This document shows, piece by piece, positions 12,052-26,428 of a stretch of DNA of 64,000 bases. Each line of letters starts with the position of its first letter. Positions within the stretch are counted from its first letter, which is position 1. Origin of the DNA: Rhodosorus marinus CCMP1338 (taxonomy: Eukaryota; Plantae; Rhodophyta). The notes beneath the pieces are model-generated. The model worked only from the letters and a program-made list of their open reading frames with translations, searched no databases and was not told the origin of the DNA. The position numbers and the translations under genes are program-made. The stretch covers positions 434,001 through 498,000 of the forward strand of contig JAMWBK010000013.1 of NCBI GenBank assembly GCA_029953675.1, given 5' to 3'.

Positions 12052-13640
12052 TCAGTCTCCATCTCCCCCACTAGGTTTTGCTCTTTTCCGGAAGTGGTTT
12101 TCAAATCCGCTCCAGCAGGCGACGTATTCTCTGTCCCGCTCGGGACATTCTATAGCCCACTTGGTCAGATTGAGCATCTTTGAAGTCTCGAACATGAAAG
12201 CAACATCTTCCGAGCCCAGTTTAGCAGGCTTCAGATCGGCACTCGTTGCCGTTTCGAATGACTCTACGTCCGGTCCATGTGGCGATCCCATCGAATGCAG
12301 GGAACTCCCGCCAGGAACGAAACCCTTCCCAGACTTGGCGTCGTAGGTACCTCTAATCAGCCCCTGACAAGGACACGTAGATGATACATGGACGATCCGC
12401 ATTAGCAAGGAAATTGATAATTTCGGTTAAGACGCGAAGCAGGAATGACGGAAATGGTCGTATCCGAGGCTTGAGTAGAACTTGAAGGCCATCGTACCAT
12501 GTACTCAGTCATACAATTGCGGTGAAAGTATGGCGGTCTGAAAGTATCTTCCTGGACCATCCACCGAGGTGGGAAAACAACAAAGTCTAGCAGGGCAACT
12601 CCTGGGGTTGCGCTGGGACTTGTCAGCACGGTAAAGATGGAAGGGTCCATGTGATCGAATAGGACCTATCAAAAAAATTTCAGTTTCGATCGCACGGGAG
12701 AGATAGAGTGAGTGGTAGTGAAATTCTTGTACGGCAACAAACTCGTTTTGCAGTTGGATGGCGCGAAACAAACCGAGTTCACAGGGCAAAAGTTCTCAAG
12801 ATCGTACATAAACGGGAGATAGTTGCCCCGCCAGGCGACCACGTCGAAAGGATCAGATTCGACCCAGGAAGTGAAGAACCTGTTCTGAAACTTGCATATC
12901 ACCTCCGTCTTCACATCCTCGTCACGAAAGGCCGCTGTAGGGTACAAAAAGTCCACCTCGGAGGCCAGGCCGTTGGCTCCTATGACTCCGCGCTCGGGAA
13001 GCTCAAAGTGCCTGCCGTAGATCTCGCACACGTAGCCTCTAGCATGTTCAGAAACAGGGCTTACAGCAAACTTGATGTTTCTCGGGATAACTACAATGTA
13101 TCCTGTTTCCACGTGAAGCAGCCCCACCTCGGTTCGGATGTCGAGGCTCCCGAGCTGAGGTACAATGAGCATATCCCCGTCAGAATTGTACATGCAGGAC
13201 GTGTTCATAGGTTTGTTGCAAGTGTAAACGTAGATCTGGAGTCCGTCCCTATTCGAAGGATCTCCATGAGCAGCTACTGTTCGGAGCCCAGCGACAAAGT
13301 CTGTCTGCTGCTCGTGAGGAGGCTGACCCTCCACAGCCAGTGGGTTCCACCGCAGCCTTTCTGGTGTCACGATCTCGGCCTGCTGAACATACGGAGCACG
13401 TTTCGCATTTTCGACGAATTCCCCGAGACCGCCAATTACAACCGACGGCTTGATTTTGTACAGCCAAGTCTTAAGATTTGACGCTCTGGGCTCCGTGAAA
13501 GCGGAACCAGAGATCTGCTCCGCGTAGAGCCCAAATGAACACTTCTGTGGGTTGTTCCTGCCATTCTTCGGGAGCGCACCTTGAAGCGCCTCAGACTCCA
13601 AGTGTGACTTGAACCCCTTCAAATACGAATAACCCACCAT
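12052..13640 (-). CDS. HGD: Homogentisate 1,2-dioxygenase
   Basis: [89 protein letters not shown] and AFMFE, across spliced exons. Confidence 0.97.
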
Positions 13641-14059
13641 CTTCAAACACACAGGGGTTAACGCAGCTGACTAGAACGTAGGCATCATCGGCACACTCAA
13701 AACCTTGGCAATAAAAAGTGCTAGGAAGTTGTGGAAGTGCCCGCCCGGCCTAGTCCACAGTCGTAGACGACTGGACAAAGAAAAAACAACACACACAGGT
13801 AGTCTTTCAGGTGCGTTCTGACTTGCCTCCCTGCGTTCCAATCGGGCATCCTATATCAACCAAAAGCACCGCACGGTACAACCTGGCCGTCCACAATTCT
13901 CCTACCATGTTGGCGACAATATCCAGACCTTGCTTCCAGAAATGCTCCTGGCGCTGGAATGTGATGAATGAGGTGGAGGCACGCACCACCCTGGTCAGCG
14001 GTGGCAGAAGAGTTCTCTTCTCAGATAGCGGAGCCATTTGTCCTTATCGCAGAGACTTG

Positions 14060-14111
14060 TGAGCTCTCGCTTTTCGTGAGCCTCATGAGCTATCGCTTTT
14101 CGTGAGCCTCA
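14060..14111. repeat. 26-bp tandem duplication
   Basis: tgagct(c/a)tcgcttttcgtgagcctca x2. Confidence 0.85.
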
Positions 14112-14829
14112 TGAGCGCTTGGAATTTACTCCAGGTTGCGGGGGTGTGGCAGAGACTTCAGAAGAAACCCCAAAAACAAGAAATCCAGAAACCAGAATTC
14201 CAAGGCGAACTTGACAACCTTGGCCGCTCGCAAGACTAAATGAAAAAGGAACTCAGGCTCCAGGCGCTAGTCTTGAAAACAGTTCTGAATCAATCGTTCT
14301 CCAGGAAGGTCTGTACTCGTCGTCAGATGGCCGCTTCTCCCTGCAAGGCAAAGCAAGAACCGACCTGCCATATTGTCTTGACGTCAAGGATGATGATTTT
14401 TGGAATTGGCACTTTTTTCCTGAGATACGGACAAGTTTTGGAGCCTGAAGTACGCCTCTGAATCTCGCTCATTGATACTTCATGGGAACCAAGGAAATCA
14501 CTAGGATCCGCATTAGCCGGAAAGGACGTTACATAAAAACCGAAGTGTTCGCTCAGCAGAGCTCCTCTCATGGAAAGCCCGAAACAAGAGCAGGTATTCG
14601 CAAGGCATGCGAGCGGAACTGTTTCTTTTTGTTCGCCTATAAAGTTTCACTCAAATAAACCAGTCGTCGTGTGCTCATCATCTCAGAGATGAAGTAAAGC
14701 GCGTTGGCACTACTATCCTCAGAGCAAGGAGCACATGGCACATGTTCAAAAAACCAATGCTCAGCTCATGAGCTGGTGCAAGTCGTGCAGAAATGCAGCT
14801 CTTGCATGTCCCCAAATCTTGCGTGGTTC

Positions 14830-17800
14830 CTACAGATCCTCCTTTTCCTCCGGTGTTGGCTCACCCGTCTCACTCTTGGTGTCAGTACTCGCAGATTCTT
14901 CAGCCGATGCCGAAGACTCGGCGGCGTCACGCCCTTGTGGTTTATCCTCTTCGGACGGAGTCGGGGCAGGGGTTGGTAGCCGGAGTTTGGTCAACCTGGT
15001 CAATCCCTTTGCCAACGCATACGTGCGACTGTCCAAATCCGCACTTCTAAAGGCTGGATCGTCCATATCCGTCTTCCCTTCCTGCGCGGCCAAGGAATCC
15101 TCCAAGAATTTGGATGCCTCCTCTAATTCGATTATGAACGACTCTATCTTCGGAAGCTCGGGTGAATTTTTCTCCTCGTGCAACTGAAGCAGAATTAGTA
15201 GGAAGACGAAACGGTGAGGCACAGCTTAACCTCATTGGGAAGAAAAACGGGACCGAACCCCAGACCGGCAAGATCCCCGCACCTCTTGAGCCAGTAGTAC
15301 GAACGCAAGAGCCTTACCTGGCGAATATCTGCCGACGAACTACGAGAATATTCAACAGCTTTCTTTAGCTTTTCAACTGCCTCTGGGCGGGAGGATAGCT
15401 CAGTCAAACGGAAATTCAATTTTCCAACCATTTCCCTGAGCTTCTTCTCCTTGGACGTAAAGTCCTGGGTGGTTGCCTTGTCGGCGTCGAAGATCCAGTC
15501 TTCCTCTTCCATCAGTTTCGCTCGTATGCTATCTCGCTCCTCTTCAGTGCTGACTTTCTCCAGCTCCTCATTGTATAGCTCTTCTCGCAGTTGGAAGATT
15601 GATGATTCTAACGAATTGAGGGCGTCGGAGCGCTCTTTTCTTTTTCGGTCCTTCTCGTCGAGCTTGTACAGAATCTGCCTCGCGCTTGCCAAGTCGCTCG
15701 GGGACAGACGTCGAGATGCTAGGGCATTCGCACGCCTGTCGAGGGACTTGCTCAGATTCACCCTGTGCACCACTGTCTGCATCGTTCTTTCCACTTTCGT
15801 ATTGTTCGAAGTCGGCTCAGCCTCGGCAGTCTCTGCGGGCGAGATGCTTTCACTCGGCTCTTCACTTTGAGTCTCACCGCTGCTCGCAGACGCGGATGCA
15901 CTCTCCGTTGCATTGACGACCTTCTCAACCCACACAGATTCCTCAATGGTCGCTTCTGCCTTGTAGATCTCGAAGAGGCCAGCCTTATCAAGGTTGAACG
16001 TTATCGAGATCTAAATCCGACGACACGTTCGGGGCACGAATTTCTTGTGAGTATGTGGGGTTGCTCCGTGCAGCCAGGAACTTTGTAGCGTTCGCTAAAG
16101 CCTACGGACCGTAGATACTTCTTGTACGCACCTTCGGCGGAATAACCGTGGAGTTGTCTTTCATCTTGCTAATTACTGAGGCGACGTTGCCAATCGCATA
16201 TTCGGCAATAGGGGGTTCCTGGTTGTCCGCGAAGAGAGTTAAATTGAAATCTCCCATCCTCTTGAAGTTGATTGTCTTCCGCTGTGGAGTTTTACTTCCA
16301 GAGGTGAACAGGCGGCTCAGCTGAGGTTCAACCTTCTTGCTGGAGTTGTCACGCCCAACGGATACTGATATACTGTCGGGCAGGTGTTCAACGACATCGA
16401 CCTTGCGGGACTTGACGAGTGAACTCAAGCTTGCCCCATACCACAGAGCTCCAAAGACCGCTCCCTGCGATCACCGAAACAAGCGCCCGGAAAGCAAGTG
16501 ACACTGAGTCACAACGTCGAAAAAGCGTACACAAGGTTAATGTGCCAACTGACCTCATCAGTGTTAACGCTCTTCGTCAGGGATTCAAGGCCAAGAGTTT
16601 CTAGGAGCCGCACTTGTATAACCGGAATTCGGCTAACTCCACCGTACGGAACCACCGCACTCAAATCTTTGGCTGATATGTTAGCCTCCTTCAACGCTTT
16701 CTGCACCGGTATGTTGACCCTGGCGAACAGATGGCCTGCAAGGGATTCAAATTCGCTCCTTGAAATTTGTAGGCGAAAATCCTGATCATCGTGGAGGCTC
16801 CCGACGTTGAAAACGGCCTTCACAAAAGTGACGCGGACAAGAGCCAGGAATGAGAAACGACAATCGCTCACGGCATCGAGAGCCACACCCAATCTGTTCA
16901 GGGTTCTCTTCCTCTGGGAACGTGATTGACAGCATTGTCCGTCTTGGTTTGCCGTGCGTACCTCAGTGTTTGCAGACAACACTTCTCGCAATCGCTGTAC
17001 CTCCTTTCGCAAACGCGCCATCACTCTGGGTATCTTCTTCACCGAATCCTTTCCTTCTCGCGTTCCATCGAATTTTTCTGCTACGTAATTTGCTAGAATC
17101 TAGAGGGGAGGTGTGATGCAGCGCCAAGTGGTTAAAACTGCTGAAGCATAATGAAAGAGTGCAGTGCTCTTCGCCGACACTCCACCAAGACGGGGACGGG
17201 ATAAAAGGAAACGCTATTTTCTCCTACAAATGTTCAATCTCTCACCTCATCGAGCGCTCTCCCACTGAGCTCAGTGTCCCACGCATGTGCAAGAGCGTCT
17301 ACAGTTAGCTCTTCGTCCGTCTTCCCTTGGGCCTTGGAAATCTGAAGTACGCTTGCGCTAGCTGAGCTAGAACCAACGTCAAGGATTAGCACGGTCTGAT
17401 TCAAAGACTTTTCCTTTGAGTCGAACAGCATTTTCAAGGCTATCGCAGTGTTTGTGTTGATAAGAACGGGAGCATTCAACCCCGCAAGCTTAGACGCATC
17501 TACCAGAGCCGCACGTTGCACTTGGTCGAACCAAGACGGAACGGTGATCACGGAATCTGCGTCCACGTGTTTTCAAAAAGGTGAGAGGACGGGGTCAGCA
17601 GAAGAGCGCTGGTAGATGAATAAACAATTGCCCGCGAAGGATGCATACCTCGAACAATGTCCAAAGAGCTGTCAAGGTTTGCCGACGCGAACTTCTTCGC
17701 CTGCGCCAAGATCATTGCCGCCAGCACCTCCGTCGGGTATTGGTGCTCCTCTTCACCGATATGCACCGTGGCGTTTGTACGGATGCACTTCGCCGGGTCC

Positions 17801-18301
17801 TCTGGTGACGGGGAGCAAGCACCGAGGAGAGTTCGCACATCGAGGAAGGACCGCTGCGAAACGAGTAGGGAGGAATGCGTCAATCACAGTATTCCGCATA
17901 TATCGACCGCTGGTCATTTATCAGAAATGAGAAGAAGAATCCGTCATGGGTGGGTGACAAATTCTTACGTGCGGGTACTTCGTTGCGTACGTAACTGCGG
18001 CATCTCCGAAAAGCCGCTCTCCTTCGTCGGTGAAGGCGACTGCAGAAGGTGTTTTCCTTTTAGATTGCTCGTTAAAAGCAATTTCTAGACCGGTGCCAGG
18101 CTTTATGATTGCGATCTATGGGAGGATCATGAAACGATGACGATCTGAACATACATTCACAGTGCAACAGAAGGAGTGGACAGTGCACAGAAGGAGTGGT
18201 TCCCAATGACAAACCTTGAAAAACTGAGATCCGAGATCAACCGCCATCATTGCCGCATTGGCACAAGCCAGAACGCCGAGGATCCATATCGCTAGACGCA
18301 T
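14830..18301 (-). CDS. HYOU1: ER-luminal Hsp70-superfamily chaperone/nucleotide exchange factor Grp170 (HYOU1/Lhs1); multi-exon
   Basis: Signal peptide followed by AVDLGSQFFKV. Motifs VITVPSWF, INTNTAIAL, ILDVGS, GGVSRIP and VNTDE; C-terminal helical region (NSLESSIFQLRE, EEEDWIFD); ends KEDL. Confidence 0.93.
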
Positions 18302-19236
18302 GATCGAGCATTCGCAGCTAGCAAAATGACCTTGTTAAGATCCGTCCAATGAGAATTCAATGGGGACACAGAGGATGCGGACACGTTTGACTCTCCCGAC
18401 GATCACAGCAAGAGCGACAATTCTGAAACCCAGAAGCAGTGAAAAATTGCGCCGTCCCTCTGTGACCAATCCCCTTGGACGCCTAAGAGCAAAACCACAC
18501 TTTCGTCTCAAGCCAACGCTGGACTGAAGTATTCCTTGTACACAAAATTATACTCGCTTAGAATCAATTCCGTGCGATCAACGAGAAGAAGAAACTCCGT
18601 TCGGCAAAAGACTTTTTTGCCCCCAAACCATTCACACTTGAGTTGCGCCGAATCCTTATCAAAAAAAAAAAAAACACCCTTCCGCTTATAACAACGGATT
18701 CAATACTCTAATGGCTTCTTCCTCACCCACCGATTGACCCTGATACAAAAGCTTCCGCCGATTCGATTAATCCGATGTATACCCGATTAGGCGCTCACCT
18801 CAATACAGCACAAGCGCCAAATCGCATCAGTCTCCCAACACACCCCCCCAACCCCCCCTTCCACTCGCCACCCCTCATCTCCCGCAACTCCTATTTTTCA
18901 AGTACAACAATCACTATCCCATAATATGACTGATATAATTATTTTTCTATTTTATTTAAGCTTTTGTTGATTGAATACAGTCAATAACCACTGTCGAGTA
19001 AGCGGGCGGATCTGGGATTCAGTTGGGGCAGGGGCAAGTTTTTCTTGTTAGCGAAGAGCTCATAGATAAATTATCAATGATTAATCATGTCTCGTGGAGT
19101 TGTAAATGACTGGCAGGGCGACTGGGCGTTCGGGTGGGACCTCTGTCCATTTGCAGCCAAGTTGCTTGGGATTGTTTCTGTTCTTGCTTCGTAGTGCTGT
19201 GGCTGCGAATCTGGCTAGGTTGGGTTTGAAGAAAGA

Positions 19237-20255
19237 ATGCCAAAGACGGCTGGGTTTGTTGGCTCCTTGGGGGGTGCTCAGCTGCCGTGGAGGGGGAGAA
19301 GGTCTTCCACGTGCTCTGAGGCGCGCGAGCCTACGAGATTTACGCGTCCAGTTACTCCTACACACGGTACTACTCTGTCAAATGTAGAGGGTGAGTGGTT
19401 TGGGTATGCTCACGCCAGGACGGTCTCACTGCCCTGAAGCTTGCTTAACTGACGTGGCGCAAATATGAACACACCTACCTGCTTAGTCATGAAACTTCTT
19501 TCTCTGGCGTCTCTGGCGAGAGACTAACCATACCAGAATACTACGTCCCTGACGAGTTCCGTAACTGGGATGCCAAAATCTATGGATTTGATTGCGTCAC
19601 ATCGGTGAAGGAGGTCGAGGGGAATAGCCTACGCGTGAAGCTGACTCGTGCAATGCCAACAGTTGGATGTGAGGCCGATGCGGTAGTACCGGAGGTATTC
19701 GAGGAAACTCTTCCCCTATCGCAGGATGATGGATTTGTTGGCTTCGAGAATGGCAGCTTTTCGCGGGGCCCACCCAAGTACGCCAGTAGCTCTACATGGG
19801 AGCACTGCATGTGTTATGGGAAGAAGAGGGTGCGAGTCCTTTTCCCAGAACTAGACGGGAGGCAAAAAACTAGGCTGTTCACAGAGGCGTGGGATGGAGA
19901 CTACTGCAATGGAGCACTGCTGTCCGGGTGTGGCTCAAAGATTTCTCGAATTGAAGGGAACGGCGAAATGGACGCAAGCGTGCAACTAGAAGGAAAATGG
20001 TCCCGGCGGGGCTATACATGGAGAAAGTCTGACGGTACCTGTCAAGTGTCCTCGGTCATAGAATCTCGCAACAGATTCGTGAAGCGATTTCTCCCAGGAG
20101 GTGTTACAATCGATAAGGTTGTGGACGAAAACGGCAGGATCGTATTGGAGACTTCGTGGAATGTGTCGGAGCTGACTCGGATTGTGCTATTACGCACATA
20201 CTCTGAGACCCAAGAGCTCGAGGAAGTCTCAAACTATGTGGACGAGAGGTGCTAA
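19237..20255 (+). CDS. DUF3598-like protein with putative plastid transit peptide
   Basis: N-terminus MPKTAGFVGSLGG.., Ser/Arg/Thr-rich; donor gtgagt at about 19391. The downstream exon reads IPEYYVPDEFRNWD..PTVGCEADA, a motif I recall from plant/cyanobacterial DUF3598 proteins. Confidence 0.6.
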
Positions 20256-21287
20256 ATGGGAGTATGGGTCCAACAACATGACGCGGAAGTTGGCCGTACA
20301 TTGTTCTATGCGCTCGCCGTCCACAACCTTCAAGAAGCAAATTGTGCATCGTCACGGGCGGGCGGGTGGTCCAGATTGCCACGGGCAATCAGTATGCCTT
20401 GCAATAGTTAAAGGTGCGCGAAACTCGGGATCCGTGCTTTCGGAAAGCAGTGAGGACTGCTACTAATGCTTAGCTAAAGAACCCGACGTGGAAGATGTGG
20501 AATCGGGACTCGACGCTTCTACAGATGAAAATGAGAAATCTTTTGTGCTTTGCCGTGCTAATTTTGTAAATCGGAGTTTTTAAGTTGTTTACTCAAAATA
20601 CCGTCTTCGTTCATTTATCGCGTGAGGAACAGCAAGTTTCCGACGATTCCTACGGCATTCCTAGAGCCACCTAAGAACAGGTGTGGGCAGTTGGAAAGGG
20701 GGCGGCTGTATCTCTAATCCTCAACCGTCTCTTTCCGATCTGCCGTCATCACTCTCTCGCCTCTAACTCTTCTAAATCTTCCCCGAATAGCTCCGAAAAC
20801 CCTTTGCAGTTGAGAGTCCCGATCTGGTAGGTCTTGTTGTCCCAGGGAGCAAGGTCGGAGTTGGAGGCTGGCATCCAACATTCCACCTTCACTCTTGATA
20901 TATCTCCTAGCATATTCCCCGGGAAAACTCATTCGTGGTTTTCGACGCTTGAAAATTATTCAATTCAAAAGACGAGGTGTCCTCTTGTCGCGCGGACAGA
21001 TAATGGTTATCTCCGGTCTCTAAAAAAAAGCTAGGACAGATTCTTTCAAAACTTAGGACATATGACGTATACAGTGAAAATTTAATATCAATTCTTTTTT
21101 TGTGGAATAGACAAGTCAAACCGTATGCGAGAAAGCCTCCAAGATATAATCTCTTTTCAAAAACTGTGCCAGCCTGGTGCTCCCATACCCTACTTTTGGA
21201 GCGATGCAAAACTGCGTTTGTTGACTATCGCATCATAAACGCCTTTTTTTTCTCATATCACTTGCTGATCTTGAAGAGAAAGAACCA

Positions 21288-21325
21288 ACAAAACGTCCCG
21301 GCAGAGTTCTGCCGGGACGTTTTGT
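21288..21325. repeat. Perfect palindrome, 18-bp arms, 2-nt spacer
   Basis: acaaaacgtcccggcaga-gt-tctgccgggacgttttgt. Confidence 0.95.
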
Positions 21326-24300
21326 GGGTAGTTACCCACGTTTTCCGGCACTGATCAAGCCGTTAAAGTATCTGGCTTCATTTTGATTAAGTCACCCCTT
21401 TCTAAGTTTGAACTTCTAGTTCTATTTGATCGACAGACTCTAAAGATCACGACACTCTTGTCCTAGAAGTTAATTAGATCGTCTTCCAAAAGGAAAGACG
21501 CACTTTTGTACCCCCTACTTTTGTACGTCTTGGGAGGTTCGTGGGCCTGGTTAATCCGATGACGGTTCACGTGGCGCGTTGTATCTGGTTGTACTTTTGG
21601 GCAGATTTAGCTTGGTTCCCTTTTGCGTGCCCCTGTGTCTCAATTTCATGAGCATGGCTAACACGATCTGACTATGACCTTGAGTCAGCGAAAGCTTGGC
21701 CGTCCAACCGAGAATCTGAGGTGAGGGCACTTTCGAAAAGAAAAGAAAAAACGGATTTGTTTTGGTTTATACTGACTATATTGATCATCGAACTAGCAGG
21801 GGGGCTCGCTCTTAAATCACCTCAAGCAATTCTTCTTTTCCGATCACGAGAGGATTTCTGTTGAAACTTCGCAGATAGATACCCATTCAAAATTTCGGTG
21901 AGCTTCGTTCATTTTTTTTTTCTCGCCCTCTGGTTGGCCTAGTTTTGTCTCAGCCAACCAAGATGCCAGAAAACGATCATCTTTAAAAAAAATTCAGACA
22001 ACGATCATCGTTTTATCATCAGATAGAGTGTTTGGGAAGACCCACTGCTTCTATCCCCCTTTTTGCGTGACTGCCCTCGTCCGGGCCACCTACCGGGTGG
22101 GAATAGATCAAGCTCGTAAATCCAACCAATTGAGATGCAGGTAATCGGCTGACTGGAGGATCTGGAGATTCGCGGTGCTGTTGACGTGGGAAAGAAACAG
22201 CCTATTGTTCCCCCCCCGGAATAGTTCCGTTTTCTTGAAAATTTAGTTGGAGCCCTTGACGGGAACACTTCAGCCGAACTTGGTCAGAAATCCGCTCTCT
22301 ACACCCCGCCATGAAATTGTGTAGCAAGCTCTAGGGAAACCCTAGTAACTCAAATTCATTCAACTCAATGATAAGAACCGTTCGTTTTCAGGCGCCTTGA
22401 CAACGATCGAATATTTTGCGAAAAAAAACGCGCAGGGGACTTTGACCGTTCAGTAAACAAAAAAACACAACAAGCGATTCAAGTGTCCCGTGCGTCGATT
22501 TCTTTCATTTTTTCCTCAAATCTGCTTGGGTGAAAGACTGCCACGGGGGTGTGCCCCTGCGCGAAGACTAGCATGAAAGCTTGACTGACGTCTTGGGACA
22601 GTGTTTTCATCTTTACTGGAACAACTGAGAACAAGGGATGAACAAGGGATGAAAAAGGAATGTGCGAGCCCGGGATGCAAGGATTCGCACGTTGGATCTT
22701 CAATTTTTCTTGTTTTTAGAATATATTACGATGAGAGCTGCGCTGGATTTCTGATCGTGGCTTTAGGATATCCCCCTCGGTTTCGTCCCCGAACAGAAGG
22801 TAAAAGCGCGGTTCCGGGGCGCGCTCCCTGAGTTCGGGCCGCAAATAAAATGGCTCGTCTTCAAAACTCGCTGAGGGGTTGCCTGCAAGTTTTGCTTATC
22901 GCCCTCCCTAACAAATGATATTCCAGCTAGCCTCACACTGATACGACTATCAGCTCAAAATTTCGTTTGGAAGGTGAAAGTGTACCAGCTGAGGCCCTGC
23001 GGGGTATGTATCCTCCTGCGGCTACTTTCCTGCCTGCTGTTCACACGTTTGGACGCTTTCCGGTGTACAAACCTCAATCCAGCTGACAGCTACTGTAATT
23101 GCGCTTTGAGTAGAAAGCTCCGCTGCCACGTTTCGTTACCGGCGAAAGCTCGCAGAAACAAGGAGCCATGTTGGTCGGTTAGGACAAGCAAGAAAGTTTG
23201 AACTGAGATCTGGGAACCAAGTCGCATATCATTGTTCGCCTTGCCCAAGAAAACAGGTTGATATCCTGTTCAATCAGTTTGTTCTTACTGGTGTGGACTT
23301 TTGTTTACCAGTGCAGAATCGCTGGCTCTGGACTGCTCAACTACGTTCGTAATCGGTCATCTAGTCCAGTCGTTTCTTCGAATCATCAACGGTTTTCTTC
23401 TGGAGGGATTCCGCCCATTCTGTGACTCTTCGTTGACGCCACCGCATATTTTTTTGTGGAAGTGTTAAGTCAGAGCAGACAGTACCCTAGATACAGCGAG
23501 GATACTATTTCATGATTTCTTTGCTCACTACTACTGCCGGGGCAGGCACGTACACTCTGGAACGGAAAAGTCAGGTTTTTAGCTCGTTTTGAAAGCATTG
23601 ACCGCTCGGTCATGATTATCCCCCGGGGCGGGAGCGGGGGAGAACGTCATTTTTGCTCGGAATGACTCAGGCTAGTCAACAACTAGGTTTTCGGGGCCTT
23701 AAAATTCATTTTGTTAACAAATCAACCCCGCGTTCCCATCGCCCCTCACATTGTATGCGCGTAAATTTTTGTTTAGAAATTAATTTAATTTTTTTGCCTC
23801 AAACGCCTCCGGAGCAAATACTTACTCGGGGGGGAGGGGGGGGACCTTCAGAGAAAGACTGAAAACGCACTATCCAGCGCCTGGCGATACACAGCGCGAC
23901 TTCGCGTAGTTGGTTCTCGCGGACAGCTTGTGGCCCATAACGGCCGTCATTGGTTTGGACATAATTTCTTAGATAAACATCAAAAAAATTGAAGATTGAC
24001 TTCCTTCACCCCAAATTGCCACTGATTTTAGCACGGTCTGCTGGGTTTGTGAGTGGTTGTTTAGAAGGTAGCTTCCAAAAGCGCAAGAAAATTCCTCAGT
24101 GTTTTTGAAATAATTGTGAAAGCATTGCCAAATTACGTCACGATGGGCTCCGGAAGCCGCGCCGTCGCGCACGCTCTATCCCCCGGAAATAGGGGGATGG
24201 GATCCGATCCGTTTTTCTCATATTAATATTACTTTCGCTTCATCCTAAAATCTACAAAAACCAATATCCTTTGAATAGCGAAGTAATTTATTGAACTCGG

Positions 24301-26395
24301 AAGACGCGTGATTGAGGAGGGGGCAATAGGAATATGAGTTTATCGGAAGAAAATGAGATGATTTTACATATTCAGTACTACAAGAGAAAAAGCAGGTATG
24401 TATGATTGAAATGTACTTCCAATCGAAGAAAACGAAGGGATTCAAAATATTCAATAGTACGAAACAAGCGGAAAGTAAGTATTCTCAAAATTATCAGGCC
24501 AAAGTTCCCCTTTTCGGGAATATTTTGAAATCCAATCAGCTTTAGGAACAATGCGAGGAATTAAATAATTGACTCATATTGTACTCATTTTATGGGCCAT
24601 CATGAGTTCGAATACTTTTCCTTGGAATAAGTATTCAATTCGCTGCTCCAGGAAAAAAACCAAAAGCGGTGTAAAAAATACGAATTTCATTTCTTCCGAC
24701 GTCGAGCCTTACCGCCAACTCCGAGCGAGAAGGCATTAGTGGAAATCAGATCCTGAGAGAAATGCTTTTTTCTTTATTAAGTCTGCGGTTTGCGGTTAGG
24801 GCACACTTAATTCCAAGTCGGCAAGGCGATTGCACGCTTGATGCCCCAGGGATAGCCAACACAACAACGCGTCGTTTCGACGGTTTGGAGTTGTTGCTTC
24901 CTCGAGTATTGACTATTCTATATCGCTGTCGCTTGTCAGGGGGTGGTTCTAAAAACCTACATTTTCCGAACATGCTCACTACGTTCATCACTCGAATTTC
25001 TTGATTCTTGCCCTAGTACGTGTTAGCCTAACCGCGAAACCATTTTTTCCTAAACGAACGGACCAAAGTCTATCACATTGGTCGAGGTCATTTTTCGGGA
25101 GTCCCAAATACGGCGCCGGAGGCAGCCACATTATGGTCTTAAGAAGACACCCGGAGCCCAGGAAACTTTTTTTCTATTCCAGTTCCCTCCGAAATTGTAT
25201 CATGAAATAGTTACATTTTGAAAGAGATTCAGTAGAATACATTTCCTTGAATGGTTGGTTTCAGGTACACGAGTTTGAGCCGCGGTAGATTATGTAGTTC
25301 CCCCATCGCCGAGAGCATCGTGTAAAGCTGAGGGGTGACTAGGCTTGCCAAGCATACGTGGAAAAGGTTACCGCGGCACCTACTGTACTTGACACTAGTA
25401 CACAGGGTGAGTTGACACCCTACCTTCGCATCAATTCTTCCGGAACTTGATTTGAACGCAGCAACTTCTCACCTAAACTGAATTCGAGGTCCAGAGATTT
25501 GCCAAAACCAGCTTTCGCGGCGATTAGAATGTTTATTTATCTTTTTTAAGAAGCGTCTACTACGCACTACCTCCTACCCCCTAGGTGGGCGGACTTTGAA
25601 AATACACTGCGGCTCGGTCTGAAGCAGCACTCTCCTCTGCCGAAAAAATGTTCACAAATCTTTTTGTACTGGACCTGGTAACCGGCGAGTCTGGGACGAC
25701 TTTTTCTGAGACTCTGCTTATTGGAACGCGCGATCTCGAAATCCCCATCCATATCACCCATGTTTCCTAGATTTTTCAACATGTCGAATAGGGAAGAAGT
25801 TCACCGCTCTCTGCAGCACCGCAAAAAAACCCGGTAGTACTAGCTCTTCCCGAGTAGATGGCCGGACTGACCAAAATTTTAATAATTTTTTTTTCGCGAG
25901 GTTGTGCTACTGGTTTATGGTGACTAGAAAATACTATGGGCGGGTTTCCCTCCGGTTCAGTACCGATGTGCCTGGGGAGCTAGAAGAGATGCGCAGTTTT
26001 CAGTCATCATATGACGTCTTCAATCAAATGTTCTAGACGTTTCCTTAAATGTTTGAATTTTCTTCGTTCAAATTTCTAATTATGAGCGGGGGTGGAGGGG
26101 GGTTGGAAAGCAGAGGGCTTGCCCGGGTTGTCCAGGGTGGAGAGTTTCTTCTGCAGAATGGTTGGGGGGGGGGTTCGCACCGGCGAACCGAAGAGTTTCT
26201 CTAATTCCAATAACGTTTTTACCAATCTGTGCAGTTCTTTCCACGAGAATTTTTTGTTGGGGTGGCTCTGCTAACAGGGGATAGAATTATCGAAAGAAAA
26301 GTCCAGGAGGTACCTTCGGGCAGACAGCGAGGTAAAAGGGCGAAAAAGGTACACAGAGCCACATATACACGCATACACACAAACCCTCCCACTCC

Positions 26396-26428
26396 GTCTC
26401 TCTCTCTCTCTCTCTCCCTCTCTCTCTC
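26396..26428. repeat. (CT)n microsatellite
   Basis: gtctctctctctctctctccctctctctctc. Confidence 0.9.

Noticed and set aside
12708-13481. 257-aa ORF antisense to HGD
   Set aside because: Shadow ORF of a conserved gene; no motifs.
18302-19236. Canonical ERSE/UPRE upstream of HYOU1 or PDI
   Set aside because: CCAAT boxes are present but none is followed by CCACG at 9-nt spacing.
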